From the NCBI GenBank assembly GCA_002633005.1, contig NMRA01000700.1:77637-141636 (forward strand): 64,000 bases of DNA. The letters run 5' to 3'. Below, piece after piece: positions 11,615-24,748 of the stretch. The first letter of the stretch is position 1. Each line of letters begins with the position of its first letter. The notes beneath the pieces were generated by a model. It did no database searches. It was not told the DNA's origin and saw only the letters and a program-made list of their open reading frames with translations. The DNA comes from Phoronis australis. Taxonomy: Eukaryota > Animalia > Phoronida. A program made the translations under genes and the position numbers.

Positions 11615-14600
11615 CTGAAAATAAAATAGAAAACGCTAAGGAACTCTTATAAATAATGAGAGCTAATTACCAACTTGGCAATACCATGTTAGCAGTGAAA
11701 ATTAATCCAGTACATGCAGGTTGGTGAACAGGGAGTAACTTTGTTTTAATGTACGATTCAATTTATAAAACTTTGTCTTGGATTTCTGACCAATGCCTTT
11801 TGTACAAACGTATTTTTTTCAATTTGGTGGGTGACAGCACTACTAGCATGACTTAACCGGCGTCATTGTGCTCCTCTGTGTACCTGTCCTGGTGAGTATT
11901 AGCTTGCCGCCGTCTTAAACAGAAATCTGGTAATAGATGTAATAACACAAGGATATCAATCAATGCAATACTGCGACAGATATAGAGATTATAAACCAAT
12001 TAGAGATTTATTAAATAACCAATAGTAAATAAATTCATTTTCTTGAAATTTTTCGAGGTACACTTTTAATTCTTAAAGGTACGCACGTTATGATGTAAAA
12101 GCCAAAGTAAAAAACCGTTATACAGGTGTGAGCCAAGATAGGTCAATAACACGGGGGTAAACAAGCTTATACTATAGACAATAGCCTCAAAACAATGTGA
12201 GAAGAAGGTCACTTGCATATTCAATGAATGTACTGTCCTCACCAAGTCCAAGGTACTAAATTGGACACTGAGTTTTCTTTATGATCCCTTAATAATCCCT
12301 TAAATCTCCTTTTCTAGATTTTCTGAACGAAGTGATCATACAGTGTATTTGATGCGGCACATTTATTTGAATGGGACAGCTTATGCACTGCTTAGTCAAC
12401 AAAATCCTTTTCAATCAAACGATAAAATTCATTTGGATTTTTTTAAGTTTTTGAAAATTTTGTCTTAAATGAGGATACCTTCTAAACTGATCACATAACT
12501 TCATCATATGGTCTGAAAATAGACATAGTCACCCTGCTTAACTTATATCAGTACGGAGTAAGTCAGGCATGTGTCACATTACAAACTACGAGGAGATGAT
12601 CAGACAAGACAAATACATCTACCGTAATCTTTTAAGCTTAAGTTCGTAAAAGAAAATGTCCATACAGATGAAATGATGCCAATACATAATCTACAACGCT
12701 ACACCATCCTGATACACAAGAGATAAATTCCCCTGTTGCATGATCCAGACATCTGTTGGTCATGATGTGAAGGTGAGGTTCTCTGAATGTTAACCTATCA
12801 TGGGGAAATCATTCCTGGCAGGAGCAGTGATCTGCACTGACAAGTAAAATACAGTCTTTACCAACACGGGTGTTAAAATCACTAAACAAGTAAATGATGA
12901 TCACTGTTTACTTAGCAATACGATATCACTTTTCTCTTCAATAAAGCTACTTGAGCCTTGTGATGGTGGGTAGACACTACATATGATTACATATTTGTCT
13001 ATAGTTAACTTAAGAATAACATCATCAACTGATTAAGAATTGCTGTACTCAAAATACTTGACTAAATGTTCTTTTATAAACACAGTGATATCACCAGAAT
13101 TGCGACAACGTTTTTATTTTTCTCTTTTTTTTCGTGAGCACATAAAACTTGTATGACTCCGTAATTCAAATTGCTCGTGCCTTCCAGGCAAAGTTTCGCA
13201 CATTGAAGCTATTTCGTGACTCGAGAGAAAAGTTTTACATGAGGGAAGTCTTTTTCTTTGCCATAACTTGTGCATTCCAACTCGTAATTTGGATTTTAGG
13301 TTATTTGTACAATTCGCCAAAGGAACTTGCTCATTTCTGTCCACATTGCGTGAAACTCAGCTACGTGTTGTTGGCTATCGTCGTTCACGTATGTTTTCCT
13401 GTCAGAAAAACAGCTTGTCAAACTTGATGTACATTCTATGCTTCCTTCCCTTCACCCCTGGTTGAGTTTTGCGTAATACGATAGGCAGAACCCCAGAGCT
13501 TTTTCTTAGTCGGTTTCAGATTCTCTCTTTAAAACCGTTCCGTGTCGCAATGATCGGCGTGCTTGTTCATTTAAGATGGAGTCTGGTTGTGCAAATTCAA
13601 GCTTTTATTGAGAAAATGGTTTTTAATTTAATATCGCAGTCGTCTCATGTCTGTCTTGGGTTACTTCTCTGGTCTCCAAGTAGTAAACTTTTCCATTTTA
13701 ATGCTTGGGGATAACGTTTTCTTTTTTCACGTATGTCAAACCAGACTTGACCTCGCTCACAGTAACATCCACTGATTTCAAGTCAAGTTTGTATGATTGT
13801 TGCAACTGAGCAGGTATGGCGTCCAGTCGCTGCAAAGCTGCTCACTTGTGACAACGCCATTCCGCTGGCGTGGTTTGAATGTTGATGACTTGAGCTCACC
13901 TAATTGACATCGCATCTCAAATCCATGACTGTCCATGGTGCGCCTGGTAATCTCGAGAGATGCTGCTTCAGATTGTCACATATGTAAAAGATCTTTGAAA
14001 CAGTTTTTACACGACAGTGTACAAACTTTTAAATTTCACCACTCCCAAGGCTGCGCGCAGCAACTTCAACCATGACAACAACTAGAATCACCTCCATGAT
14101 GATCCACAATGCATGTCGGAATACTCAGTGTTCAATTTTTTAATCTTGGGCAGTGCGAGGACAGAGTATAGGCTAAAACGTAATGAAGCTAAGTTTATTC
14201 AAAATAACCATCCCTGAATGTGCAAGTGCGCCACCTTGGTTTCACCTTGTTTTGAGGTTATTGTCTCGAATAATGGCCTTTTACCATTGTGTTATTGACC
14301 TTTTAGTTGTTGCTTTGACCTTTACATCATACTGGTTCTTGCAGCTTGGAGAATAAAGAGCGCATCGTACATGTAACTCAAAGCTTGTCAGGAAAATGAA
14401 GCCAGGTAGTGTTTGGCTGTTTATTAAATGTTTAACTGTGCCTCTGCTGAACAGGTGTTTCGAAAACCAATCGTAACAAGACTGTGCACCTATTTTCGTA
14501 GCCAGTTAAGGTTGTGTTTGTAAAACCTTTTTTGCGAAGAGAGTATCAAGCATATCATCTCACTCAAAGTTTCACGCGAAGACGGTCATCCTTTCTGAGA

Positions 14601-15394
14601 TAATATGCTAAATCTCGTAATTTTCATATAGTCCTATATACATGTCGCCTTAAGTTATTAGTAATTACCCATATTCAGGCTTCGTGTCTCCTGTTTCAAC
14701 TCAATTCTCCTGTGTGGCAGCAAACTGTATGACCTTCTGTGTGGCACCAGCATAGAACTCGGTCTACTTATACTAGTGTAACATCTGCATTGCCTAATGA
14801 TAATCCGTTCAATGTCCTTGTTTCTAACATTACCACTTTCAGCTATGGATACTTACAGCTGGCAAATTACAGCGGCTGTATTTTGCCTTTTCAATTATCA
14901 AATGATAGTAATTATAACTCAACCAGAAACCATTTCTGTCAGCATATTTTCAGCATATGCAACACCAGTACGGATAAGTAGATATGCTACAATGTCCTCT
15001 AAACAGAAATGCAGAAGACACCTGTGGCGTGTTCTGTAGCTTCTTTCTGAAGCAATGCTAAGCGGGTAGCCGTAAATAACAAGTAATCAGGGGCACAATG
15101 TCCCTCATTATGATTTGACGTTGTGGAGTTTAAGAAACCCTGAACCCTGACCACGTAGACTTAGTGACCACACGTTGACAAAGCAAGTACCGATTTTGTA
15201 AACACGGTTTACAGAAACGCGGCTATTTTCAGAATTTTAACAAGTCGGGTGGGTTCTCGAGTCTATGAATCAAAACAATCATGTTGTCACAGTATGTACA
15301 TGTATAAGTAAGAATAATTAGTAACCATGTACTAATACATGAATATTAGTCACACCACGCAAAGTCTCAAAATTAAGCCGCCCGACCGTTCTCG

Positions 15395-18300
15395 AGCTCG
15401 GACTTTCCTGCTAAGGGTGCAGACGTTACAATTAGGTATACTGTGATCTTGTCCTGAAAGTTGATATTGCATAAAAAGACGACAAATGTTGGTTGTAGCA
15501 TGTAACCTATTCATGTGGATAAAGAAGACATGTCACCAAAACTGTCGGAGGGAAATGGAGTTGATGTTCCGATACTAGGACTTTTGCTCGAGATTTACAC
15601 TTGAATATTTCTCCCAACATGGAAATAACCGCAAGGCAGTAGAAGTTGGAAGTCAGTTTTCTCTTTCTTAAGAAAACAGCCTAGTGAGGCTGACAATTTC
15701 AATCTGCTTAAAGGTTAATTTTTGGTTAAGAGGCGGCAGGAGTGCGCTGTGGTCCCTTCCCTGGTGATTGAACCCGGTTTCCCTAGACTTACGAACTAAC
15801 ATTCTCGAGAAGACCATGAGTTTGCCTTTAGTTGCAGAGGATATAGGCCTAAGAGAAGTATGCCATATGGAAGCACTTTATTCCACGTGTAAGTCAAAGT
15901 TAGTTACAATTGTTAATAATCTATATATTATTCTGAAGCAGTTCCCCAGTCTGAGGTTAGTGTTCAAGTTTCTGTCAATTGCATACTTCATCATGGTGTC
16001 TATTGTACAGAAACCCAATAAACTTGGAGTTTTATTCCGATCGTAGTACATGTAACTGCATGCCATTGCTTTTCGAATGACTGTGTATGTACCGAGCACG
16101 TGTTTGTGTGGTTAATTTAAGCTTGAGATGGAAATTTGAATGTCATTCGTTGCAGGTTTTTTTTCAGACATAAACAAGCTCTGATGATTTTGTTACGAAT
16201 GTGCCTATGTTACAGTGCAGGAAAATGTCGTTGAATTAGTATTGCGTTTGCATGAAGATTCTTTGCGTTTTTGAGATTTTTGCCTGTAACAGGCTTGTAA
16301 AATTATGAGAACAAACACAAAAGAAGTAATTTTCGCAGAAATTCTGCAGGGAATTTTCCACACGTCCTCCCTCATTTGTGGGACATAACAATAACAATTG
16401 CAATGGGCGACACGTATCTGTTGCTATCGGAAGTAGGCACTATTTTGCCTGTTGATTCTGACATTTTATCTGCCACATAATGGAGGCTAGTTACCTAATG
16501 CTCACAACTGCTGCTTTATCTTAATTCTTAGCATTTACCAAATAATTTCACCAGCATCAAGAAAACAGGTATTCATCAATTGTAAGTATTTGTAGTGTTC
16601 TTCACCAGATATCAAGTTGTAAGGCGAAAAACGTTTTGTAGTAAACTAAATTCTAATCATCAATAAGAAACATTTGATGGAGATTTTGTGAATGTGGTTT
16701 AACAAATCCGTGTTCAAATACTAAACCAAGTCTAATTATAGACCTAACTTGGTTTAAAATTCTGAAACTCTGGTCCTGTTAGACCAGGTCGCCGGTTAAG
16801 CAAAATTGGGTTGAATGCGCCGTATTGTGTCGATCTGGATTACCTCGTGAGGAAACTATAGAAATGCTTCAATGTAACCTTGATTATAGACCAAATTCAA
16901 TATCACGAACTCCAAAGAATACTGGAATCTTATCAATCAAATCCGCAGTTTTCAACAAAAAATTGTTTACCCCAACTGTAACATAGCATCAAGTATCAGT
17001 GAAAAGTGTGACCAATTCCTCAATTTTTCACGTTTGCCACATTCCACCAACTGGTGTAGGTATCTTTCTCTTTCTCCATCTACGATGCTTCGATCACATG
17101 TTTGATGCCATGGCTAATCAAAGTGACGTCTTTGAGTATCTCCATAAACTGTGCACAATTAGAATAGTGGAACATCTTTTATCAACATCATGGTGACCAA
17201 AATGATTCTCAAGGAAATTACCATGTCCTTAACCAAAAAATCTGACAAACTTCTTCATCTATGTTCGAAATGACAAATCATGCAATGCTGTATAATCCCT
17301 ATACACAAAAAATCTAATAAGTGCCCAGTAATANAGCTCGGAATTTCCTGCTAAGGGTGCAGACGTTACAATTAGGTATACTGTGATCTTGTCCTGAAAG
17401 TTGATATTGCATAAAAAGACGACAAATGTTGGTTGTAGCATGTAACCTATTCATGTGGATAAGGAAGACATGTCACCAAAACTGTCGGAGGAAAATGGAG
17501 TTGATGTTCCAATACTAGGACTTTTGCTCGAGATTTACACCTGAATATTTCTCCCAACATGGAAATAATCGCAAGGCAGTGGAAGTTGGAAGTCAGTTTT
17601 CTCTTTCTTAAGAAAAGAGCCTAGTGAGGCTGACAATTTCAATCTGCTTAAAGGTTAATGTTTGGTTAAGAGGCGGCAGGAGTGCGCTGTCTTCCCTTCC
17701 CTGGTGATTGAAGCTGGTTTCCCTAGACTTACGAACTAACATTCTCGAGAAGACCATGAGTTTGCCTTTAGTTGCAGAAGATATAGGCCTAAGAGAAGTA
17801 TGCCATATGGAAGCACTTTATTCCACGTGTAAGTCAAAGTTAGTTACAATTGTTAATAATATATATATTATTCTGAAGCAGTTCCCCCAGTCTGAGGTTA
17901 GTGTTCGAGTTTCTGTCAATTGCATACTTCATCATGGTGTCTATTGTACTGAAACCCAATAAACTTGGAGTTTTATTCCGATCGTAGTACATGTAACTGC
18001 ATGCCAGTGCTTTTCGAATGACTGTGTATGTACCAAGCACGTGTTTGTGTGGTTAATTTAAGCTTGAGATGGAAATTTGAATGTCATTCGTGGCAGGTTT
18101 TTTTCAGACATAAACAAGTTCTGATTATTTTGTTACGAATGTGCCCATGTTACAGTGCAGAAAAATGTCGTTGAATTAGTATTGCGTTTGCATAAAGATT
18201 TTTTGCGTTTTTGAGATTTTCGCCTGTAACAGGTTTGTAAAATTATGAGAACAAACACAAAAGAAGTTATTTTCGCAGAAAGTCTGCAGGGAAATTTCCA

Positions 18301-19273
18301 CACGTCCTCCTACATTTGTGGGGCATAACAATAAGAATCGCAATGGGCGACACGTATCTGTTGTTATCGGAAGTAGGCACTATTTTGCCTGTTGATTCTG
18401 ACATTTTATCTGCCACATAATGGAGGCTAGTTACCTAATGCTCACAACTGCTGCTTTATCTTAATTCTTAGCATTTACCAAATAATTTCACCAGTATCAA
18501 GAAAACAGGTATTCATCAATTGTAAGTATTTGTAGTGTTCTTCACCAGATATCAAGTTGTAAGGCGAAAAACGTTTTGTAGTAAACTAAATTCTAATCAT
18601 CAATAAGAAACATTTGAAGGAGATTTTGTGAATGTGGTTTAACAAATCCGTGTTCAAATACTAAACCAAGTCTAATTATAGACCTAACTTGGTTTAAAAT
18701 TCTGAAACTCTGGTCCTGTTAGACCAGGTCGCCGGTTAAGCAAAATTGGGTTGAAGGCGCCGTATTGTGTCGATTTGGATTACCTCGTGAGGAAACTATA
18801 GAAATGCTTCAATGTAACCTTGATTATAGACCAAATTCAATATCACGAACTCCAAAGAATACTGGAATCTTATCAATCAAATCCGCAGTTTTCAACAAAA
18901 AATTGTTTACCCCAACTGTAACATAGCATCAAGTATCAGTGAAAAGTGTGACCAATTCCTCAATTTTTCACGTTTGCCACATTCCACCAACTGGTGTAGG
19001 TATCTTTCTCTTTCTCCATCTACGATGCTTCGATCACATGTTTGATGCCATGGCTAATCAAAGTGACGTCTTTGAGTATCTCCATAAACTGTGCACAATT
19101 AGAATAGTGGAACATCTTTTATCAACATCATGGTGACCAAAATGATTCTCAAGGAAATTACCATGTCCTTAACCAAAAAATCTGACAAACTTCTTCATCT
19201 ATGTTCGAAATGACAAATCATGCAATGCTGTATAATCCCTATACACAAAAAATCTAATAAGTGCCCAGTAATA
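15395..19273. repeat. Direct duplication 15395-17333 / 17335-19273 separated by a single N
   Basis: Near-identical copies; junction N at 17334. Differences are concentrated in the first half. Confidence 0.95.
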
Positions 19274-19700
19274 TTACTCGACACGCTTTCCAAATATTCG
19301 AGAAGTTCATTGCTGAAATATGTTTACATTTCTCCGACAACTTGATATATCATCGTCAATTCGAATTTTTAGCAGGAAACAGCACCATGGCGCAACCTGT
19401 TGAAATATGCATGAGGATCATTTATAATTTTGGAAAGGTGAGCGTTTCAGGTCTATCTGTCTAGATGTAGCCACTGCAATCAATTGTGTCCATCATTATC
19501 TTCTAGTCCACAAACAACGATCTTATTACATGGCAGCGTTTTTCCGTTCAGTGACTTTACCAGACGTAGGGGTTCTGAGCATATGATAACATGTAGCTTC
19601 TTTGTTAACTGCCAATCACAGTCTTTTGTCTGTTATGACAACAAGCAGGCTTCTTATCTACCAGGCTTATTACAGACCACGTGTGAACACAGTCAAACTC
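18900..19700 (+). pseudogene. Highly decayed CR1/L2-type LINE reverse-transcriptase remnant (C-terminal part probably continues ~21000-21600)
   Basis: FQIFEKFIAEICLHFSDNLIYHRQFEFLAGNSTMAQ resembles the RT motif KxxEK...QxGFRxGxST. LEYQAALLLTG...RRNVHK near 21450-21560 resembles the CR1 ORF2 C-terminus. Many stops and frameshifts. Confidence 0.5.
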
Positions 19701-20131
19701 AGAGTGAATTGGTGTATTCGGAAAAATAGATTGTCGTAACTTCGGTTGCAGTTGGGCGATTTTGGCGATTAAAAAACTGAACATGATCACCATTTGACGA
19801 AAATTTCCGAAATGCTATTGGTTTATGTTTAAATATGTTATAATTTATCTTTTATTTTTAACAGCACAAACCAGTGGTTGTAGCCTACATGTATATACGT
19901 TGTTATTGTTCATTAGAGAAATTATCGAACTAAAAAAAAGCTTACCCTCCAACCAAAAATGCCAGAATGGAGTTAATTATTCTTCTAAGATATTGGCTAC
20001 AGGGGTAAACTTTCCAACTTGTTGCTAGGCTATAGAATCGAACAAGTTGTGAGCAAAGGGAAAACGCCGTAATGGTATTACTGGGAGTCTTCTAATTATG
20101 ATCACCTTAAATCTCTCTGTTCGTATATACA

Positions 20132-20930
20132 CAGCTGATTTCATACAGGTGGTTTAAAGTTAAATCTGGTTTAAACTGGACTGACACCAGGTTTAAAGAT
20201 AATCTGCATTTCATAAAGCTGGCTTAACTTTTACACCAGTGGTCTAGTAAACCCTGGTTTAACTCCAGGTTAGACCTGGTCTATGTCAGTTTTCATTTCA
20301 CCAACGAGGTCTGTATTCTTTAGCTCTGTATTAAGATCTTAAACCAGCTTTAATTTTAGACTTGGTCAGACCCAGGTTTAACTGATAAACATGACATACT
20401 TGCATGATATAGATGAAACTGGATGATGCCGCGGTGCGCATTTACGACGCAGTTTTAGAGTGAAAATTGACTATTAATTTTCGATATTAACGACGATACA
20501 AGATCAAACGTAGCAGAGGCGGATCCACAATTTTAAGGGAGTGCAGTCAAGGACTTTTTAAAAAGTGGACCAAGTCAACAATTTAACATTTATAGATTTG
20601 ATAACACTAATATCAAGGGAAAATGGGTCCGGACCAGTAGACCAGTACACTGTACGTGCTGCACGGTGTTTTGCGGATTCCTCAGAATAGGACTGGTCAA
20701 GCAGATCGTCATCGTCATAAGCGCTACGGGTTTGACTGAAGACAGCAGCTTCTGATTCCACATAAATTGGTCTCTGATTTAATGTTGCCATGAAGGGGTC
20801 TCCCCCATTTGGCCACCAAACACTAAAATGGCACGAAAATAAGTTTGGACATGTAGCGACTAATCGTGAGCATGTTCTTTAATGTGTGTACGTGTGTTGG
20901 TCACAGGCATTACATTTTTGCTCATGAGAT
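20132..20930 (+). mobile_element. Truncated second copy of the 21627-22759 element
   Basis: Starts cagctgatttcatacaggtggtttaaagttaaa and is collinear with 21627-22480, including part of the nested GGCGGATCC MITE. Confidence 0.8.
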
Positions 20931-21626
20931 GTACTGAAAGGTAGCGTATTAGGCTCTCCTCCCTCCTTGCGATATATTTTAACATTCCAGACAATCTGCC
21001 ATATAGCACGTACCTCCATGCAGATGGCACGGAAGTTTTCTACCGGTTTGTAGGAAACAGCGATAAGATGTTGGAGCTACAAGTGACTTGAATAAACTCA
21101 ACTCTTAGTCACAATAATGGGAAATGGAGGTTAAAGCACCAAAAGCATTGGCTTCACCCTCTCTAAATTTAATAGGTCTCTCCTCTATGTGGACCCATTT
21201 TATGACTTGAAACGTAATGATGAAATCGTTCCCAGAAAATAGTCGAACAAATAATTGGTATACTTTCCTTCACACCACACGTTCGGGATTACGAACAGAA
21301 TTCAGAGAATAATTCTATCAAGTAGGCTTATCTCTCACCATCAGTAGTCTACGTATTCCTGAGTTCTGTCCATATCCTCTAAACTCCCAAAGATAAATCA
21401 TTGTGATGCCACATAACAGTCTGCTAACATTGGTGCACTCAAGCATTTGGAGTATCAAGCTGCCTTACTCTTAACCGGAGCTTCCACTAGAGTTAAGGCT
21501 TTGAATAGTCTCAAATAGCCTAAAGTGTCTACTTGACGCAATGTTCACAAGATCTCTACTACTTTCAAAGTATTAAACAATATCAGCAAACCCTCTGTTA
21601 AAACCTGCTTGATGTAAATACTTTGT

Positions 21627-22759
21627 CAGCCGATTTCATAAAGGTGGTTTAAAGTTAAACCAGGTTTAAACTGCACTTAGACCATGTTTAATAATAATCT
21701 GCATTTCATAAAGGTGGTTTAACTTTTAGACCAGTGGTCTTGTAAAACGTGGTTTAACTCCAGTTTAGACCTGGTCTAAGTCAGTTTTTATTTCACCAAC
21801 GAGGTATATATTCTTTAGACCTGTATTAAGATCTTAAACCATGTTTAACTTTAGACTTGGTCAGACACAGGTTTAACTCTTAAATACGTCAGACTTGCAT
21901 GGTATAGGTACAACTGAACGATGCCGCGGTGTGCAATTGCGACGCAGTTTTAGAGCGAAAATGGGCTATTTTCATTATTCAGGTTTACTACGACACGAGA
22001 TCAAACGTAGCAGGGGCGGATCCAGGATTTTTTAAAGGAGAGGGGACGGTCAAGAACTTTTTGAAAGTGGGGACCAAATCAACAATTTGAAAATTATAGA
22101 TTTGATATCTTTAAAATCAAGGGAAAAAGGGGGGGCTCCGGACCCCTTGACCCCCCTGGATCCGCCTATGCGAAGACCAGTACGCGCTGGAGTGTGTCCT
22201 GCGGATTCCTCAGAATACGTCCGGTCGAGCAGGTCTCATCGTCGCAAGCCCTACGGATTTGACTTAAGACAGCATCCTCTAATTCTTCTGACTGAGTTCC
22301 ACCTCCACTGTTCTCCGATTCAATGTTGCCGGGAAGGGCTCTTGCCCACCCCCCTTTGGCCGCGAAAAATAAAAACTAAAATGACACGGAAATAAATTTG
22401 CGCATTTATCATGTTACATCTAATCGTGAGCATGTTCTTTAATGTGTGTGTGTTAGGCACACAAATTACATTTTTCCTCTTGAGAAAAGCTTTTAGACCT
22501 TCGTCGTAAATGTCTGCACTGATTCTACTGGTGTATGCCACGTGATCAAGGTTTCATTGAAGCACTTCATTAGTTTCTTTGTTGGGTTTACCCACCTCGT
22601 CACAGTGGGGTGCCTTTGATACTTTAAACCTGGTTCTACTGAACCAGCTCCCTGTTCTAGCAAAACCAGGCTTTCAGACTTTTAAACCACGTAGGTAAAA
22701 TGCAAGTTAGGTCTAAAATTAGACCAGGTTTAGGAAGACTACCTTTATGAAATCGACTG
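21627..22759. mobile_element. Non-autonomous PIF/Harbinger-like element with intact TIRs and AAACCWGGTTTAA-type subterminal repeats
   Basis: Left end CAGCCGATTTCATAAAGGT and right end ACCTTTATGAAATCGACTG are inverted. Minus-strand remnant RSKSFSQEEK resembles a Myb/SANT-like protein N-terminus. Confidence 0.7.
22011..22170. mobile_element. Small MITE nested in the Harbinger-like element
   Basis: TIRs CAGGGGCGGATCCAGG ... CCTGGATCCGCCTATG. Confidence 0.7.
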
Positions 22760-23199
22760 TATATGTTTATCGTACTGGTCTTCCGCAACATGTACCATTC
22801 ATCGGTCTTTACGTAAGTCTTTCAGAACTAATATAGTGCATCAACAACATCGAATTCACGTTCAGTGGCTGTGAAGAAAAGCAACTCATTCACAAGTATA
22901 ACAATCATTTTTTATACCTTTGACATACCTCAATAGCTCCGATACAGTACTCGTTGCCTTGACAAAATGAAATAGCACGGCACAGATCTATATGCGATCA
23001 CCTCCTCAACACCGACAAGTTTAGGCACAATTTTATCAACGACTCTCCAAATGGTATTGTGGTGACCATCATTTTGTATCAATTTGGATCGAGTAGTTCC
23101 ACTCGATAACGGCACGTTCGGTTGCGTTACCTGACACCTGACGGCAGACGGAGGTGTTGAAATTATCCAGTGAGGTAATTGGTTTCACAAGCAGCCTGT

Positions 23200-24748
23200 T
23201 CAGCAGTTCACAATACGGGTTAGTGGTGTCAGCTTATCGCTTGAATTCATCTTTTAACACCAATAAAGCATTAAACTTCGACGCAGCACACTTAAGCATG
23301 CACTGAGTTCTTATAAAAACGTGTTGTTATATTTCTCTGTTACGGATTTACTGGTATTTGGACACGTCGTAGCCTATATTAAAGTTCGGCAGGCAAAATT
23401 ACCATGCCGTACCAGGAGTTTGGGGTTTGTTCGTAGATTAATTCAAATTATTCTTCAAGAAGTAAAGACTGGGGAACTTAGATCTGTGTTGTTTATACTT
23501 GTGATTTTTTTGAGTTCTAAACACACAAGACGCTTGTTATCCCGGCGAGTGGCTCAGAACCCGATCAGCCCGTTGCGGCCAAACTGACTCGTTATCCGCC
23601 AGTTGCTCGGAACCCAATCAGGCCCGTCGCAGCCGCCAGGACTGGCACGAACATAAACCAGATTGAATTGGAAACTAAACCTCCAGTTACGAAAAGACTA
23701 TAATAGTGAGACAAAGAAATAATATGCAAGTAATTATTTTTGTGAATTAGCCACGAAACTGAAAATCTTATTACTTGTCGGGGGTAGCGAATTTCCCCTT
23801 CCACAGACCGTCAGGGCAAAGGTTGTACAGTAAAAATGATTTGAATAATGTATTTGTATTTCTAAATAAAGATTCCCCTAACATGCGACAGTAGCATATA
23901 AAATAGAGTAATTGTTTCACAAAAGCTTTCTGTCAGCAAACACTGAATAAGCATGCGCTCACACGGCCTAGGTGCCCGGTTAATTACCTTTCAATGCCGG
24001 CATCAAAAGCCCGAACTCTCTATCAGTGGTTTAGTCATTGCTGGTTTCTCAAAACACTTGCACTCACGAGCATCTAATGAGACAGACTTTGTTTCAGTTT
24101 CATATAAGCATTGGCTAGGATCATTTCAGGATGAGAATAACTCATTTTGAAACAGAACGCAGAATAATAAACGTCTACATGGCAACTCGCCCGGCGCCAA
24201 TCCCGACTTAGTCAAGAGCTCATCTGACTAAGACTTCACGGGTCGGAAAGTTAGGTTTCACATGCTATAATTTCGAACCGGAATGCACTGATCAAGAAAT
24301 ACTACAGAGGCGCCGTGAACATGCATAGGCCACGGAACGTATGGATAGCTCTTTGGTAAGCCGGAATTCGTCAGAGAGATCACTGTAGACGAAATGCCGG
24401 CCACAGACACGGAGGTGTTTCACGGCCTCATACTTGCTATTAACAGCATACCTTTCATTCTTCACTACCGCGAGCCACTTCCTAAGCATTTTGGGCTCTC
24501 GAGGAAGTCGAAAAAACGATATACCCGCTTTCTTCGTAGCGTCATAGTTCGGACAAGCGGGAACCGATGCACCGCAATATAGCGACATTCACTCTGCAGA
24601 CGAACAACTAACGCTGCGTAGCTTCTCACCTTCCTCACAGGTTAACACGACACCTCTCGGCAAGGTAAGGTCGACCGCGCAAGAGGCGATGTGGATAGAG
24701 ACCGATTTAGACGGTGAAAAGTCTAATTAAATCGGTTGGCATTCTCCT
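23200..24748 (-). mobile_element. Kolobok-like DNA transposon derivative, copy 1, with THAP-domain ORF
   Basis: Terminus TTAA|AGGAGAA (TTAA at 24749-24752) matches the Kolobok TTAA target and AGG end. Contains a THAP ORF and is collinear, inverted, with 29192-30625. Confidence 0.7.
24292..24588 (-). pseudogene. THAP (C2CH zinc-finger) domain ORF of transposon origin, frameshifted before the AVPT-like motif
   Basis: MSLYCGASVPACPN...ISFFRLP...RKWL...LRVCGRHF carries the THAP C-C/P/W/CxxHF signature. AIHTF (AVPT-like) lies in another frame. Confidence 0.8.

Noticed and set aside
24292-24588. Domesticated host THAP gene
   Set aside because: It lies within a TTAA/AGG-terminated repeat with a second disrupted copy and has a frameshift before the AVPT-like motif.
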